From: a virus
Lineage: Duplodnaviria; Caudoviricetes
Length of the DNA: 41,800 nt
Direction: 5' to 3' (one strand)
IMG/VR virus record: IMGVR_UViG_3300020044_005319
Location: 1-41,800 of that record
Part shown: piece after piece, positions 27,601 to 36,404 of the stretch
Position numbering within the stretch: position 1 is the stretch's first letter
Layout: the number at the start of each line of letters is the position of its first letter
Translations under genes and position numbers: made by a program
Notes under the pieces: generated by a model
What the model saw: the letters and a program-made list of their open reading frames with translations, nothing else
Databases searched by the model: none
Told to the model about the DNA's origin: nothing

Positions 27601-27829
27601 CACCTGCGGCCAGGCGCTGATACCACGGCGCGTCTTCACCCAGTTGCTGACTCGGCAGTTCGCCACGCAAAGCAAGGCCGGTGGCGCTGTTTTGCAGCCC
27701 GGCGATTACCGCGTCACCGATGTCTTTGGCGCGTTTCTGGTCCGGCACGTTGACAGCCGGCGGGCTGAACATAGTCCACGGGCCTGCGGCTGGCGCGGTC
27801 TGCTGAAATTGCTCCCAAGGGCCGGCCAT
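24608..27829 (-). CDS. Large internal virion (ejection) protein
   Basis: 1073 aa, Ala-rich and helical; PFVRTPAN and GWQPYS motifs; third gene of the ejection cluster. Confidence 0.8.
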   Translation of the reverse strand: MAGPWEQFQQTAPAAGPWTMFSPPAVNVPDQKRAKDIGDAVIAGLQNSATGLALRGELPSQQLGEDAPWYQRLAAGAAGVAADLPLSIAAAVPAAAGGPIAAGAAGFAAPMALRDALIEAYSNNHAASWGGVWDIAKAAMAGGTKGAVIGAATMGAGRVVGAALPAATGAATKGAAVFGTELATLTTTSAALEGRMPTAMDFMDNALLLGGMKGAVKVAGGLRSIYAQTGRTPDMVVGDAAKNPEIKAALEKGETPAAYEPVALQERIKAAIDADPRPDMLREALNADPLTNVPKLNGERLTDPVKYEYITDSATAKGVLRGVTELYQNEIQTQTRGVVPNKQTATEALQAIAGGKVSDRVIGEAGNAAEIYARAHLLKGATNHAMQELAKIKDLTPAELTPQAKLTALAAIERVGMLKAELEGVGAEAGRALQILRSIKYDSALLGEANTLLAAAERKGSLQDVAKLMSQLKDPAQQAEFASLYSKATTTEKMIEAWKAGILSGPQTHLANIMGNMTKWAIELPENILAATITAGQRAAKGDPLTMAQFKARALSSIIGLQLGTADALKVAGEALRSDTLSLDKGDIYRPAIEGKKGEIIRTPFRLLQAQDALFRIPAERAKAYELAVDRVVKEGLHPDTMEAKAKITEYLNNPTAGLTPTAGQKVLDTIAQTGAEAVFSQRVGPRLEMVQQAMAGHWSQFVIPFVRTPANLVSWAVQHTPGLNILSARWRADFAAGGESQAKAIARVTIGTGIAMTAFAMSEDGILTGGGLFDKEQGGAKRAAGWQPYSVQINGKFYSFQRIEPVAKVMGIAGDLVDMIKASKDEEDKAKMLSMLVLMFGNATISTTYLSGLAGAVNAMVDPVRYGDQFLEGYATSLIPKIVGQTTTLADPYKREVDGVMDAIQSQLPYFREKLMPKRDAWGQPSANDKWFAVMPVATSEVSKDKVKTEAVRLEIAMSPAPKFLIEKGPFKPKDKRIELTAEQRDVFAQVSGKNAMEILAPIVNATDWERIPDFAKAEVYKRVIEGTRRQGQYAALPPDAAERDKVRQKIVDTIVKQTEAVAPEKRIKAEK

Positions 27830-29304
27830 TATTTAACTTCTTTGTAGTTGGATTGGACTGCCGGGTCGCCGCCTTTGAACTCCCATTTTTTGCCGCCGAA
27901 TTCTAGAATGGCGCCAGCACGGGGGAGCACGGCTGCCGCGTTCCCTTTCACCCGGTCAATCGAACCTTGGATGAACTCACGCGAACCAACAAAATCTTTG
28001 CTGGCCGGGTTGAACGCTTCCATCGGGTCACGCTTGGCTTCCCGCAGCGCCGCCACCCGCTTGCTCACGCGGTCTTGGTAGTCCATCTGGATCTCGGCCA
28101 CAATCCCCGGCTGGCCGATGTAGCGCGGGTCTTGCGACAGCGAACGCCCGACCACTGCCATCAGGCCGTTCATGTGGCTACCGATGGTGCGGTTGTTCTC
28201 GTCCTTCTGATTGGCCACCAGCGCGTTCAACTGATTCGCCGTGGCGGTGTTGATGTCGCCACGTTGCACCGCTTCAAAGATTGGCGTGGCGTTGTAAATC
28301 TTGCGCGGGTCGCCATCCGGTGCGTGAATCGCCATCCACAGATTGCGCTCCACAACCGGGTTCGACCGCTTCTCGCCGGACGCCATCTCTTTGTTCCGGG
28401 CTTCCATCATCAGGAACAACTCTTTCTTGGCGTTCGCGCCCTGCGGGCCAGCAAAAGCGGGATTGTCGCGGATGTCTGGCCAGCGTACACTGCCCTTGAT
28501 GATACCGTCCAGCATCTGTCCGCGCGCCATATCCACCTTCTTGGCTTCTTCTCGGTCAGCGACCAGCCGTGCCCGTTCAGCATCAGCTTCTTTTGCGCGT
28601 TTCTCGCGCTCGGCTTCCCGTTCGATCTGCAGCCGCTGCGTCGGGTCCAGATTGTACTGCCCGCCCTTGACCGCAGCGATGGTGCCGTCCGGGTCAATCT
28701 GTGCCTGCCGCATGGCCGCCGCCACGTTCAGGTTGTTCTTGAGATCAGCCGCAATGGCAGCCCGCTTCTCCGGCGGCACACGGGCCAGCGTGGCCACGAA
28801 AGCGTCCACGTCCTGCTCGGCTTGCGGCAGGTAGCCCGGATTGGATGACAGAATAGCGCCGGTGCTGTTCAGGAACTTGGCACCCTCCACCCGCGCTTCC
28901 AGCGTTGCGCGCGTAACCGCAATATTGTTGGCCTGGTTGTCAAATACCGCCCCCGTGTTGGCGGCGTGCATCTGTGCAGTCTCCAGCCCCTTGCGGGTCT
29001 GCAGATTCTCGCTGACTTTGGACAAGTCGGCGTCCAGTTCTTCCCGGATCTTGCCGAGTTCTTCGCCGGAGGTCGCCGCTTCGTCCAGTCGCTTGGCGTA
29101 CTTGGCGCGGATTTCGGCTTGCTGCACCAGCACCTTGCGGGATTCGTCTTCTTCCCGGCCTTGCAGCACGCCCTCGGCAGCGCCTTGAACGGCACGGACG
29201 GCGGGCTGCAGGTCAACGACGCCGGTGTCTTCCGGGCCAGCGCGCCGCCCGCCGGAGATCGCACCCGGCTGGATGTCGGCGCTACGAGTAGGCAGTCTTG
29301 GCAT
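27829..29304 (-). CDS. Internal virion (ejection) protein
   Basis: 491 aa, helical; position equivalent to T7 gp15. Confidence 0.75.
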   Translation of the reverse strand: MPRLPTRSADIQPGAISGGRRAGPEDTGVVDLQPAVRAVQGAAEGVLQGREEDESRKVLVQQAEIRAKYAKRLDEAATSGEELGKIREELDADLSKVSENLQTRKGLETAQMHAANTGAVFDNQANNIAVTRATLEARVEGAKFLNSTGAILSSNPGYLPQAEQDVDAFVATLARVPPEKRAAIAADLKNNLNVAAAMRQAQIDPDGTIAAVKGGQYNLDPTQRLQIEREAEREKRAKEADAERARLVADREEAKKVDMARGQMLDGIIKGSVRWPDIRDNPAFAGPQGANAKKELFLMMEARNKEMASGEKRSNPVVERNLWMAIHAPDGDPRKIYNATPIFEAVQRGDINTATANQLNALVANQKDENNRTIGSHMNGLMAVVGRSLSQDPRYIGQPGIVAEIQMDYQDRVSKRVAALREAKRDPMEAFNPASKDFVGSREFIQGSIDRVKGNAAAVLPRAGAILEFGGKKWEFKGGDPAVQSNYKEVK

Positions 29305-29305
29305 G

Positions 29306-29776
29306 TTATCCAGCCCTGTTCAGTCGATTATACGATTCGTAGGCTTTTGCGCCGCCGCCAAGCAGTTCTGCGCCGGCCTTCATGTAGCCTGCCGTTTGCG
29401 CCGCACGGCCACTAGTTCTGTCCAGATTGGCGGTATTGGTGAATCCGCGCGCCCGCTGCTCCCCCTGATACACGGCGTATTGCCGCTCCAATTCGCCCTG
29501 TGCCGCCTGGTCGCCCAGCACGTCCAGCACCGAGCCGGAGTCGGCCGCGCCACCAGACTTGCCCTGTGCCGCTCGGATGGCGCCAAGTCGCAGTGCGTTC
29601 TCGCGTTCAATCTGGGTGGCTTGGCCAGCCGCGTCAGACCGAGCGATCTCGGCGTTTTGCATCCCGATGGTCGCATTGAATTCGGACGCCGCCTTGGCTG
29701 CCCGCCCTTGCTGGATGGCATTGATGGCGCCGACAACCGCCGCGCCCGCTTGGATGAAAGGAATTGCCGCTGCCAT
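29306..29776 (-). CDS. Internal virion protein (gp14-like position)
   Basis: Hydrophobic Gly/Ala N-terminus; A..G.SG...DSGS motif. Confidence 0.75.
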   Translation of the reverse strand: MAAAIPFIQAGAAVVGAINAIQQGRAAKAASEFNATIGMQNAEIARSDAAGQATQIERENALRLGAIRAAQGKSGGAADSGSVLDVLGDQAAQGELERQYAVYQGEQRARGFTNTANLDRTSGRAAQTAGYMKAGAELLGGGAKAYESYNRLNRAG

Positions 29777-29780
29777 TTTT

Positions 29781-30215
29781 CTACCCCGTAATCCTCACGT
29801 ACCCCGTGTGGTCTTCCCCCTCCGGGCCAAAGCGTTCCATCCGCTCAGTCTCCACCCGGAACCCCAGCATCTTCGCCCACTTGTGCCCGAGTGCAAAATC
29901 GCACCGAACACTGATCTCCAACCGCCCGTCTATCTTGTTCAATTTATTGAACACCATAGAAGTCAACCAGCGCATGTGCTTCCCGCTGGCCTTGTTCAGA
30001 TACATCCACCCTTGGTGCCGCCCCGGCCAGTGCTGGATCGTCCCGCCGCACGCCACTGGCGACCCGTCAATCACCGCCGTCCAACTGTTCTGTTTCTCCA
30101 GCGCCATCAGCGTTTCCACATCCAATGGCATGAAACCGCTTTCCGGTTTCCCCGCCCCCACCAGCCACGCAATGTGCCAGCGGCGGAACGGCACCACTTG
30201 TCTAGTCTGAGACAT
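29781..30215 (-). CDS. GNAT-like protein (T7 gp13-like position)
   Basis: PVACGG...WAKMLGF..E; lies between the nozzle and ejection genes. Confidence 0.7.
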   Translation of the reverse strand: MSQTRQVVPFRRWHIAWLVGAGKPESGFMPLDVETLMALEKQNSWTAVIDGSPVACGGTIQHWPGRHQGWMYLNKASGKHMRWLTSMVFNKLNKIDGRLEISVRCDFALGHKWAKMLGFRVETERMERFGPEGEDHTGYVRITG

Positions 30216-32724
30216 TGACCTTGGGCATGATCGCCAGCACGGTTGCCGGGAACGGGCCGTCAGCCCGCCAGTAGACTTGCCCGCGTTTGTTGTAGTCGTC
30301 TTCCATCCGTTCGCTGATAACGTCAGTCACAAGCGCGGTCGCCTCGCCAAAGTCTTGCCCCCACTTGGTAGCGAGGATCTCATTTAGGTTATCAGAATCC
30401 GGACCAAACTTCAAGCCCAATGTATCCATCAGCCAAAAGCCCACGCTATGGATTCGCTTAATCTTGCCCTGCGCGGTGCCGTCCTGCGACCCGCCTTCGA
30501 TCGGCATGATCTGCCCGTCGCTGTTATAGGCGTAGCCCAGCGTGACGACCGTGGCGGTGTGGTTCAGAGTGATGGTGCCGTTGGTGACGGTTACGTCCGG
30601 GTGCTTGGCCCCGTCCACGTAGGGAGTGACACTCTGCCCTTCCAGATGCCACAGGCCCGTCACGGTGCTGCTGGGCGAACCGTTGGTGATGGTGTAGCCG
30701 CAGTCCAGGTGGAAGGCGTTGACTTGCTCGTCGCCGTATTCCCAGATTTTACTCATGTATTCGATGTAGCGTTTGGTGCTGCCGTTGATGTAACGCTTGA
30801 CCACCATGTAGAGTTCGTCACGGCTGGCAGACGGGTTTGGCACCACGGCCACGGATTCGACTTCCGGAATGGCGGTGCCGCCGGCGTTGCTGTAGCCGCC
30901 CAGTTCATGCCGGTGCCAGGCCACCACGTCTTGATCCCGCTCGTAGGTGAACCCCAGCAGCACGCCGTCCGAACGGACACCCCAGACGATGGCCTGCGGC
31001 TGGGTCTGGTAGGCCAGTTCGGTGATACTTGGGCGGGTGATGTGCTCGGCCAGCAGCGTCATGTCGGGGGCTTTGAAGCCATCGACTTCAAACACGTAGG
31101 CAAATTCGCGCAGCTTGCGACCCGCGCGCTGGACGAATAGCACGGCGTTGCCGGCCGTCACCGGCGCCACATCGGCGCTGCCATGGCGCGTTGAAGGCTT
31201 GCCTGTGATGTTGGTCGGCGTGATGGCCTCGTTTAAGGCCGACGGCTTCACCTGCCATTCGCCGCGGGTGGTGCCGACCAGCAAGCCCTTTTCGTTGGTG
31301 GCCAGCCACTTCACCGCGTTCACGTCGTCCGCGTTCAGGGTGAACGACACGGCGTTGTCGTCGGCCACCACGCCGGCGGTATCGGACGGGGCAAAGTTTG
31401 TGTAAAGCCCGGTTTTAGAACCGTCGATGCGCTGCGGGGACGTAGCCGCGCCCGCGAAGAACAGCCGGTCTTCATGGAACGTGGCGCAGGTCGGGAAGCC
31501 CGTGGTGTCAGACCACAGGCCCATCCGCCAGTCAACCTTTGATGTGGTGTCTGACAGGGTGTTGTAGACGTGCGCAATGACTACTGTGGTTGAAACGACG
31601 TGGACGATTTCGACATAACCCCAAGTGGAACCTTCCCGGATGCGGATCAACCGGCCCACATCGGTGCTCAGAAAGCCCTGCCCGCCGTTGATACCGGTGA
31701 CGGCGCTGGCCGTAATGAACGGATGCCGCGTCGAAGTGCCGCCGCTGACGTAGGCGTTGGTGAACGTGGAACCTTGCAGATCGAAGTTGTTGGCGTCAAT
31801 CCGCGTGACGATCCAGTGTGTGTTGGCTTCAGTTGTGCCAACCACGCCTTGTATTTCAGTGCCGTCGCCAGTCAACAGACCATGGCCGGCAGCCGTGATG
31901 CGGATTAAGCCGGAGCCGTTGTTGGCCGCGTTGCTGATAGCGATTGCGATGCCATTGGTGGCAGCGTCCGGCGTCAGTGTCGTGGTAGTCGTGTTCGTGG
32001 ATTCATACGGGCCGTCCAGAAACGTGATGTCGGCCAGCGTCCAGGACGTGGCAGACACGCGGGTCAGGGTCGCCGGCGGGAAGTCCGGATGCAGAATGTA
32101 GAGCGTGTCAGCGGACTGCACAATCCGGATGTCTGCCAGATCGGCTTCCGCGTAGGTGGTCGTGACCTGATAGATTTCCGCCACCGTGCCGCCGGACGAC
32201 CACGCGCCGTAGCCAGTGCTGTTGACGGCGGTGCCGTCGCTGTTGTAAAGTTCAAACGTGTTGGCACCGGTGTTGACGTTGGTGACAACGAACTCGCGGC
32301 GGTTCACCTGCGTCATGCCGACAACACCGGTGATGTAAACCCGGTCGCCATTGGCGTAGGTGTCGCTGCCGGAGTAGGTGACAACTGCGGTCGCCGCCTG
32401 CGTGATGCCAGTGATGTTCTGGCCGGTCAGGGTCAGCGGGGCGTTGCCGGTGAAGAACCGGATGTAATACTCGCCAAATTCCAGCACGTAGGTTTGCGTG
32501 ACGGAAAACTGAAACGGGAACAGTCGGCAGGCTTTGTCGTGGTGCCGCGCCTGCTGCTGATAGACAGTGCCGGGGCGGCGGGTCCACGCGCCCTGCGTCA
32601 ATGGGATGGCGTTCTTGCAGACCTGCAGCCCGTTCTTGTACTTGGCGATGTCTTGCCGGCCAAGCAAAAGAGGGCTGAGTTCGCCCGCGTTACAGGTATT
32701 CTGGATCAGGCTGGCACGGGCCAT
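30202..32724 (-). CDS. Tail nozzle (tail tubular protein B)
   Basis: NAGELSP..GRQD...RRPGT, FHEDRLFFAG, LFVQRAGRKLRE, VVAWHRH; start placed at ATG 32724. Confidence 0.9.
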   Translation of the reverse strand: MARASLIQNTCNAGELSPLLLGRQDIAKYKNGLQVCKNAIPLTQGAWTRRPGTVYQQQARHHDKACRLFPFQFSVTQTYVLEFGEYYIRFFTGNAPLTLTGQNITGITQAATAVVTYSGSDTYANGDRVYITGVVGMTQVNRREFVVTNVNTGANTFELYNSDGTAVNSTGYGAWSSGGTVAEIYQVTTTYAEADLADIRIVQSADTLYILHPDFPPATLTRVSATSWTLADITFLDGPYESTNTTTTTLTPDAATNGIAIAISNAANNGSGLIRITAAGHGLLTGDGTEIQGVVGTTEANTHWIVTRIDANNFDLQGSTFTNAYVSGGTSTRHPFITASAVTGINGGQGFLSTDVGRLIRIREGSTWGYVEIVHVVSTTVVIAHVYNTLSDTTSKVDWRMGLWSDTTGFPTCATFHEDRLFFAGAATSPQRIDGSKTGLYTNFAPSDTAGVVADDNAVSFTLNADDVNAVKWLATNEKGLLVGTTRGEWQVKPSALNEAITPTNITGKPSTRHGSADVAPVTAGNAVLFVQRAGRKLREFAYVFEVDGFKAPDMTLLAEHITRPSITELAYQTQPQAIVWGVRSDGVLLGFTYERDQDVVAWHRHELGGYSNAGGTAIPEVESVAVVPNPSASRDELYMVVKRYINGSTKRYIEYMSKIWEYGDEQVNAFHLDCGYTITNGSPSSTVTGLWHLEGQSVTPYVDGAKHPDVTVTNGTITLNHTATVVTLGYAYNSDGQIMPIEGGSQDGTAQGKIKRIHSVGFWLMDTLGLKFGPDSDNLNEILATKWGQDFGEATALVTDVISERMEDDYNKRGQVYWRADGPFPATVLAIMPKVNVSD

Positions 32725-32725
32725 G

Positions 32726-33295
32726 TCAGTACCTGGCTGCCAGCCACGGGTCTTCCGGGAACTCCTGTGCGGCTTTCTCAATCGCCCCTACGCGGCGGGC
32801 TTCTGCGATGTCAGCCTTGTAGTCGTCTTTAACACTTTCCTTGTCCGAAGTGCTGTCCGTGATTTCCTTGGCGCACTCCAGCGCCAGGCGGCCAGCGAAG
32901 GCTTCCACGAACAGCGGGTCGTAGTAGTTCGGGTCTTCGATGCGGGCGATGTATTTGATTTCCAGCGGGGCGGCGTCTTTGCTGAGAATGTAGATGCCTT
33001 CGATCTTCCAATCAACTGCCGCGCCCGACTCGTCATCCCGCAGCAGGCGGATAAAGTCGTTGGGCAGGCTGTAACGATTGTAGTCGCCCCACACCGGGTC
33101 GTCGCCATCGGCGGCGATTGAGTCACGCTTGATAGCGAATGACCAGTCGTAGCGGCGCAGTTCTGCATCCCGCACCCGTTCAAACGCGGCGTTCATGCTG
33201 CGCGCGTTCGGCGTGTCCTGGTCCAGACTGGAGATGCGTTTCGCGCCCAGCTTTTGCAAGGCGCGGTTTGCAATGGCGACATTGCTGATCGCCAC
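32726..33295 (-). CDS. Tail adaptor (tail tubular protein A)
   Basis: IANRALQKLG...WSFA...YSLPND...F..A.A..LA. Confidence 0.88.
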   Translation of the reverse strand: MAISNVAIANRALQKLGAKRISSLDQDTPNARSMNAAFERVRDAELRRYDWSFAIKRDSIAADGDDPVWGDYNRYSLPNDFIRLLRDDESGAAVDWKIEGIYILSKDAAPLEIKYIARIEDPNYYDPLFVEAFAGRLALECAKEITDSTSDKESVKDDYKADIAEARRVGAIEKAAQEFPEDPWLAARY

Positions 33296-33298
33296 GGC

Positions 33299-33874
33299 TT
33301 ACTCCGCTTCCAGCTCTAACGTGATCCCGAAGGTGTTGTTGACTGCCAGCGGTGTCCAAGCAGCGAGTGCGCGCAGGACAACGGTAAATTCCCGCTGTGC
33401 CAAGGTCTGACCTTCAAAGTTGAAGTGGAAACCGTTGGGCCACGGGGCTTGGAGCACGTTTGTTGCCAGCGGTTGCACCAGATGCGCCATGACGGCCTGG
33501 TGCTGCGACGTGCCGGCCGCAACGGTACCAAGCGGTCCGGTCCAACCGGTGTCGTCAAAGCGAAACGCCGCAACAGCTTTAGCGCGAGTCTCCGCAGCAA
33601 TCGGATGCGTAACATTGTCACCCACAGCGGCGGGCGCGTCCGGCGTCCGGAACAACAGTATTTCAAAATCACTGGCCGTAATAACGACATCACTGGACGC
33701 TGCCGTCAGATCAATCGCCGCGGAATAAATGCGCCCGCGGGTGAATCCGCTCATGTCGAACGTGGCCCGGACAACAGACCCCGCCGTTTGACTGCTGCTC
33801 ACTTCGTCGCCAGCGGCGTAGGCGCCGGCAACGCACGGAACAAGGATCGAACTGCGCTTACGCAGTAGTTGCAT
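33299..33874 (-). CDS. Hypothetical, probably virion, protein
   Basis: AAGGAG SD; 191 aa in the structural operon. Confidence 0.7.
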   Translation of the reverse strand: MQLLRKRSSILVPCVAGAYAAGDEVSSSQTAGSVVRATFDMSGFTRGRIYSAAIDLTAASSDVVITASDFEILLFRTPDAPAAVGDNVTHPIAAETRAKAVAAFRFDDTGWTGPLGTVAAGTSQHQAVMAHLVQPLATNVLQAPWPNGFHFNFEGQTLAQREFTVVLRALAAWTPLAVNNTFGITLELEAE

Positions 33875-33883
33875 GACGGCTCC

Positions 33884-34117
33884 TTACGACGCAGCCGTGA
33901 TGGGCCACAGCTTGGCGGTTGAAATACGGTCGTGAATGATTTTCAGATGCGACAACAGGCGTTGCTTGCCTTCTTGGCCAACGAATACTGCGTCATCCCA
34001 GTTGAACTGGCAAACACTGGAGTTGTCCAGCGTGCCGCCGGTGATGTCAAATGTAACGTCGTCGCCGTTGACATGCGGGCCGTTGGTGCCGGTGACTTGA
34101 ACAGAGGCTACTGCCAT
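33884..34117 (-). CDS. Hypothetical protein
   Basis: GGGAG SD; 77 aa. Confidence 0.7.
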   Translation of the reverse strand: MAVASVQVTGTNGPHVNGDDVTFDITGGTLDNSSVCQFNWDDAVFVGQEGKQRLLSHLKIIHDRISTAKLWPITAAS

Positions 34118-34129
34118 GTGCTTCTCCCG

Positions 34130-34164
34130 AAAAAGGAACCCCGAGGGCCGAAGCCCCCGAGGTC
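34130..34164 (-). terminator. Intrinsic terminator after the capsid and cement genes
   Basis: CCTCGGGGGC-TTCG-GCCCTCGGGG stem with a cUUCGg loop, followed by TTCCTTTTT. Confidence 0.85.
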
Positions 34165-34172
34165 AGTCGCCG

Positions 34173-34676
34173 TTATTCCGGCAGAACGTAGTCCACTTCC
34201 AGCAGGTGCGCAACACCAGCACCCAGCGCCGTGACCACCGTAATGGCGATGTCGAACTCAACATCGGCCGTCGCGCCGGCAGTGCCGATAGCCGTGGCGT
34301 AAGCCGTGGCCAAGTCTTGCGAACGCTCCAAGCTGGTCTGCACCGTGTCGATCTGGGTGCGATCCTTCTCGGCCGCCATGTTGTAAAGCGTGGCAAACAC
34401 GTCGTCGTCAATGGCGATGCCATCGGGGCGATACAGGCCGCACTTCACAGCACCGCTGGTGGTCGTTGCGCCGGTCAGGTAGATGCCGGTAACACGGGCG
34501 CGCGCCGGGAGGCGAACGAACGTGTACCACTGACCAGCGGTGCCGCCGGTGAACGACGCAGCGGCTAGGTAGCCTTGCGCCGAGCGGACGATACCGCCCT
34601 TTTCCAGCTGGTTGGTCTTGACCGCCGGGGTTGCCGACTGGTCGGTAACAACTTGCGAACTTGATACGAGTGCCAT
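34173..34676 (-). CDS. Capsid cement or decoration protein
   Basis: AAGGAG SD; directly after the MCP and before a terminator; beta-rich, contains RLPARARV. Confidence 0.7.
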   Translation of the reverse strand: MALVSSSQVVTDQSATPAVKTNQLEKGGIVRSAQGYLAAASFTGGTAGQWYTFVRLPARARVTGIYLTGATTTSGAVKCGLYRPDGIAIDDDVFATLYNMAAEKDRTQIDTVQTSLERSQDLATAYATAIGTAGATADVEFDIAITVVTALGAGVAHLLEVDYVLPE

Positions 34677-34688
34677 GTCAGCTTCTCC

Positions 34689-35582
34689 TTAGATCTGGTC
34701 GTCGCACGAGATGCGAATTTGCTTGCCCAGCTGCGTGCGGGTTGCGCCGAGGGTCATGGCGAGGTAGACTTGGGTCGCGTAACCCTTGTCCGCGCGCGGG
34801 CCAATCTCAGCCCGAACTTCGTCCCACATGCCAAGGTGCATACCAGACTTGAGCCACAGCGGGATCAAGCGGTTGCCGGACGTGACCGTCAGGCGCTCGG
34901 TGATGATGAAGTCCACGCCCATGAAACGCTTGACCTTGCCATCGACCAGAACTGCGCTGTTGCCGTAGTCCTTGTTGACGACTTGCATTTCCTTCAGCAG
35001 CGCGTCATGCTCGTAGCTGGAGATGGCGCCGTAGACGGACTCGTTCAGTTCGCCCTTGTTCGCCAGCATCAACTTCTGGATGCCCGACTGCAGCTTGGCT
35101 ACGTTCAGCGCCGAAGCGGTGCCGCCCGTGTTGACGCCCACGTCGTAGGTGCCGGAGCCGACCGTACCGAAGGTTTCAGCGGTCGTGCCGTTTTCGCCGG
35201 TGTAGTTGGTGCCGAAGATCGCGGCCAGGATGATGTCATCCTTGACGCGGTTCATTGCGGCAGCACCTGCCATGGCGTACGGGCTGGTCAGTTCAACGAT
35301 TGCGCGCAGCTGATCTTGCTTGTCGATCAGCGAAGCCCATTCGTAGTCGGTCGGGAAGACCCAACGCTTGTCTTGCGAGAGGTCCAGCAGCGGGGTGTCA
35401 GCGTGACGGCTGGTGCGCTGGACGGCCGTGGCGGAACCGAACTGTTCGACAGTGCTGGCAGCTTTGCCAACGTAACTGCCGACGGTGACGGCACCGGCCA
35501 GGCGGGAATCGGTTTGTTGCAGCAGCATCTCAACATTGGAACGATATTGTTGGACGCTAGCCACTGTTATGGAATCAGGCAT
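34689..35582 (-). CDS. Major capsid protein
   Basis: VQQY..NVEMLLQQTDSRL, R.SRHADTP, A.A.NR..DDII, G.V..FMG..FI, GATR; follows the scaffold gene. Confidence 0.9.
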   Translation of the reverse strand: MPDSITVASVQQYRSNVEMLLQQTDSRLAGAVTVGSYVGKAASTVEQFGSATAVQRTSRHADTPLLDLSQDKRWVFPTDYEWASLIDKQDQLRAIVELTSPYAMAGAAAMNRVKDDIILAAIFGTNYTGENGTTAETFGTVGSGTYDVGVNTGGTASALNVAKLQSGIQKLMLANKGELNESVYGAISSYEHDALLKEMQVVNKDYGNSAVLVDGKVKRFMGVDFIITERLTVTSGNRLIPLWLKSGMHLGMWDEVRAEIGPRADKGYATQVYLAMTLGATRTQLGKQIRISCDDQI

Positions 35583-35724
35583 GGTACTCTCCGAAATTAA
35601 GGTTTAAAACAAACTGGGTTTGCCCTATCTGGCTGGGCAGCCGGCTTGTCCCAAATTTCGGGGGCCATTCGGACTTCTGCATTGCGGGGGTTTTCACCTT
35701 GTCCGCGCAGACCTCCATACAACA

Positions 35725-35734
35725 AGTGTATCAC
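35725..35734 (-). promoter_or_regulatory. Extended -10 promoter for the capsid gene
   Basis: GTG-A-TACACT, where the TGA is the stop codon of the upstream HNH gene. Confidence 0.45.
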
Positions 35735-36228
35735 ACTGGCTTCAAAATCCTTTCCGCAACTGTTCTCATTTGGTCGTCGGACATCGTGCCACGGAAAGCG
35801 TTTACGCAATTCAGCACAAACCGAACATTACCCGGCACGTAGCCAAGTTCCGGTTTGATGCGGTCAAGACTTGGAGAAAACGGGCGCGGGCCGCGCTTGG
35901 CCGTCGGGTTCACCAGTTCAAAAGGCAAACCGGTAACAGCACACTTTCCTGTCCAAATAGATTCTACGTCTTTGACTTTTAACGTAAAAGGGATACCCAT
36001 TTTCTTGGCATGAGCTTGCCGGACACCGAGATTACGGCACCACGGGCGGCGCATCCGATGGGTCGGGTCGTAAGGCGTGTGCTTGCCGGGATTACGGGCA
36101 CGCCAACGACGGCTGCGTTCTTTCGCTGCTTTCCGCTGGGCTTCGGTCAAAGGCTTTGCTTTGTTCTTTTCCCGATAAACCGCCATCCATTTTCGCTGAT
36201 ATTCGCGTTTTTGCTCGGCTGTTTGCAT
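35731..36228 (-). CDS. HNH-like freestanding endonuclease
   Basis: KCAVTGLPF...SPSLDRIKPELGYVPGNVRFVLNCVN; start placed at ATG 36228 (TAATG coupling). Confidence 0.8.
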   Translation of the reverse strand: MQTAEQKREYQRKWMAVYREKNKAKPLTEAQRKAAKERSRRWRARNPGKHTPYDPTHRMRRPWCRNLGVRQAHAKKMGIPFTLKVKDVESIWTGKCAVTGLPFELVNPTAKRGPRPFSPSLDRIKPELGYVPGNVRFVLNCVNAFRGTMSDDQMRTVAERILKPV

Positions 36229-36404
36229 TATTTCTTGCCCGGCAACCCCAAGGTTTTGGCCACTTCCCCTTTCGGTGAAGAAATAATCCAATTAAACCAA
36301 GCACTTGCGATTTCCACCACTCCCTCGGCCTGCCCTTTCAGGTGGACCGTGGGGGTTTTGGCGGCGGCTTCGATGCAGCGCAGTTTGATTTCGCGTTCGT
36401 CCAT
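36228..36404 (-). CDS. Small hypothetical protein (58 aa)
   Basis: MDEREIKLRCIEAAAK...; coupled at both ends (TGATG, TAATG); below the ORF-track cutoff. Confidence 0.65.
   Translation of the reverse strand: MDEREIKLRCIEAAAKTPTVHLKGQAEGVVEIASAWFNWIISSPKGEVAKTLGLPGKK

Noticed and set aside
35600-35660. c-di-GMP-I riboswitch (AGGGCAAACC on the minus strand)
   Set aside because: The downstream GNRA hairpin and GACGCAAAGC elements are absent in the required order.
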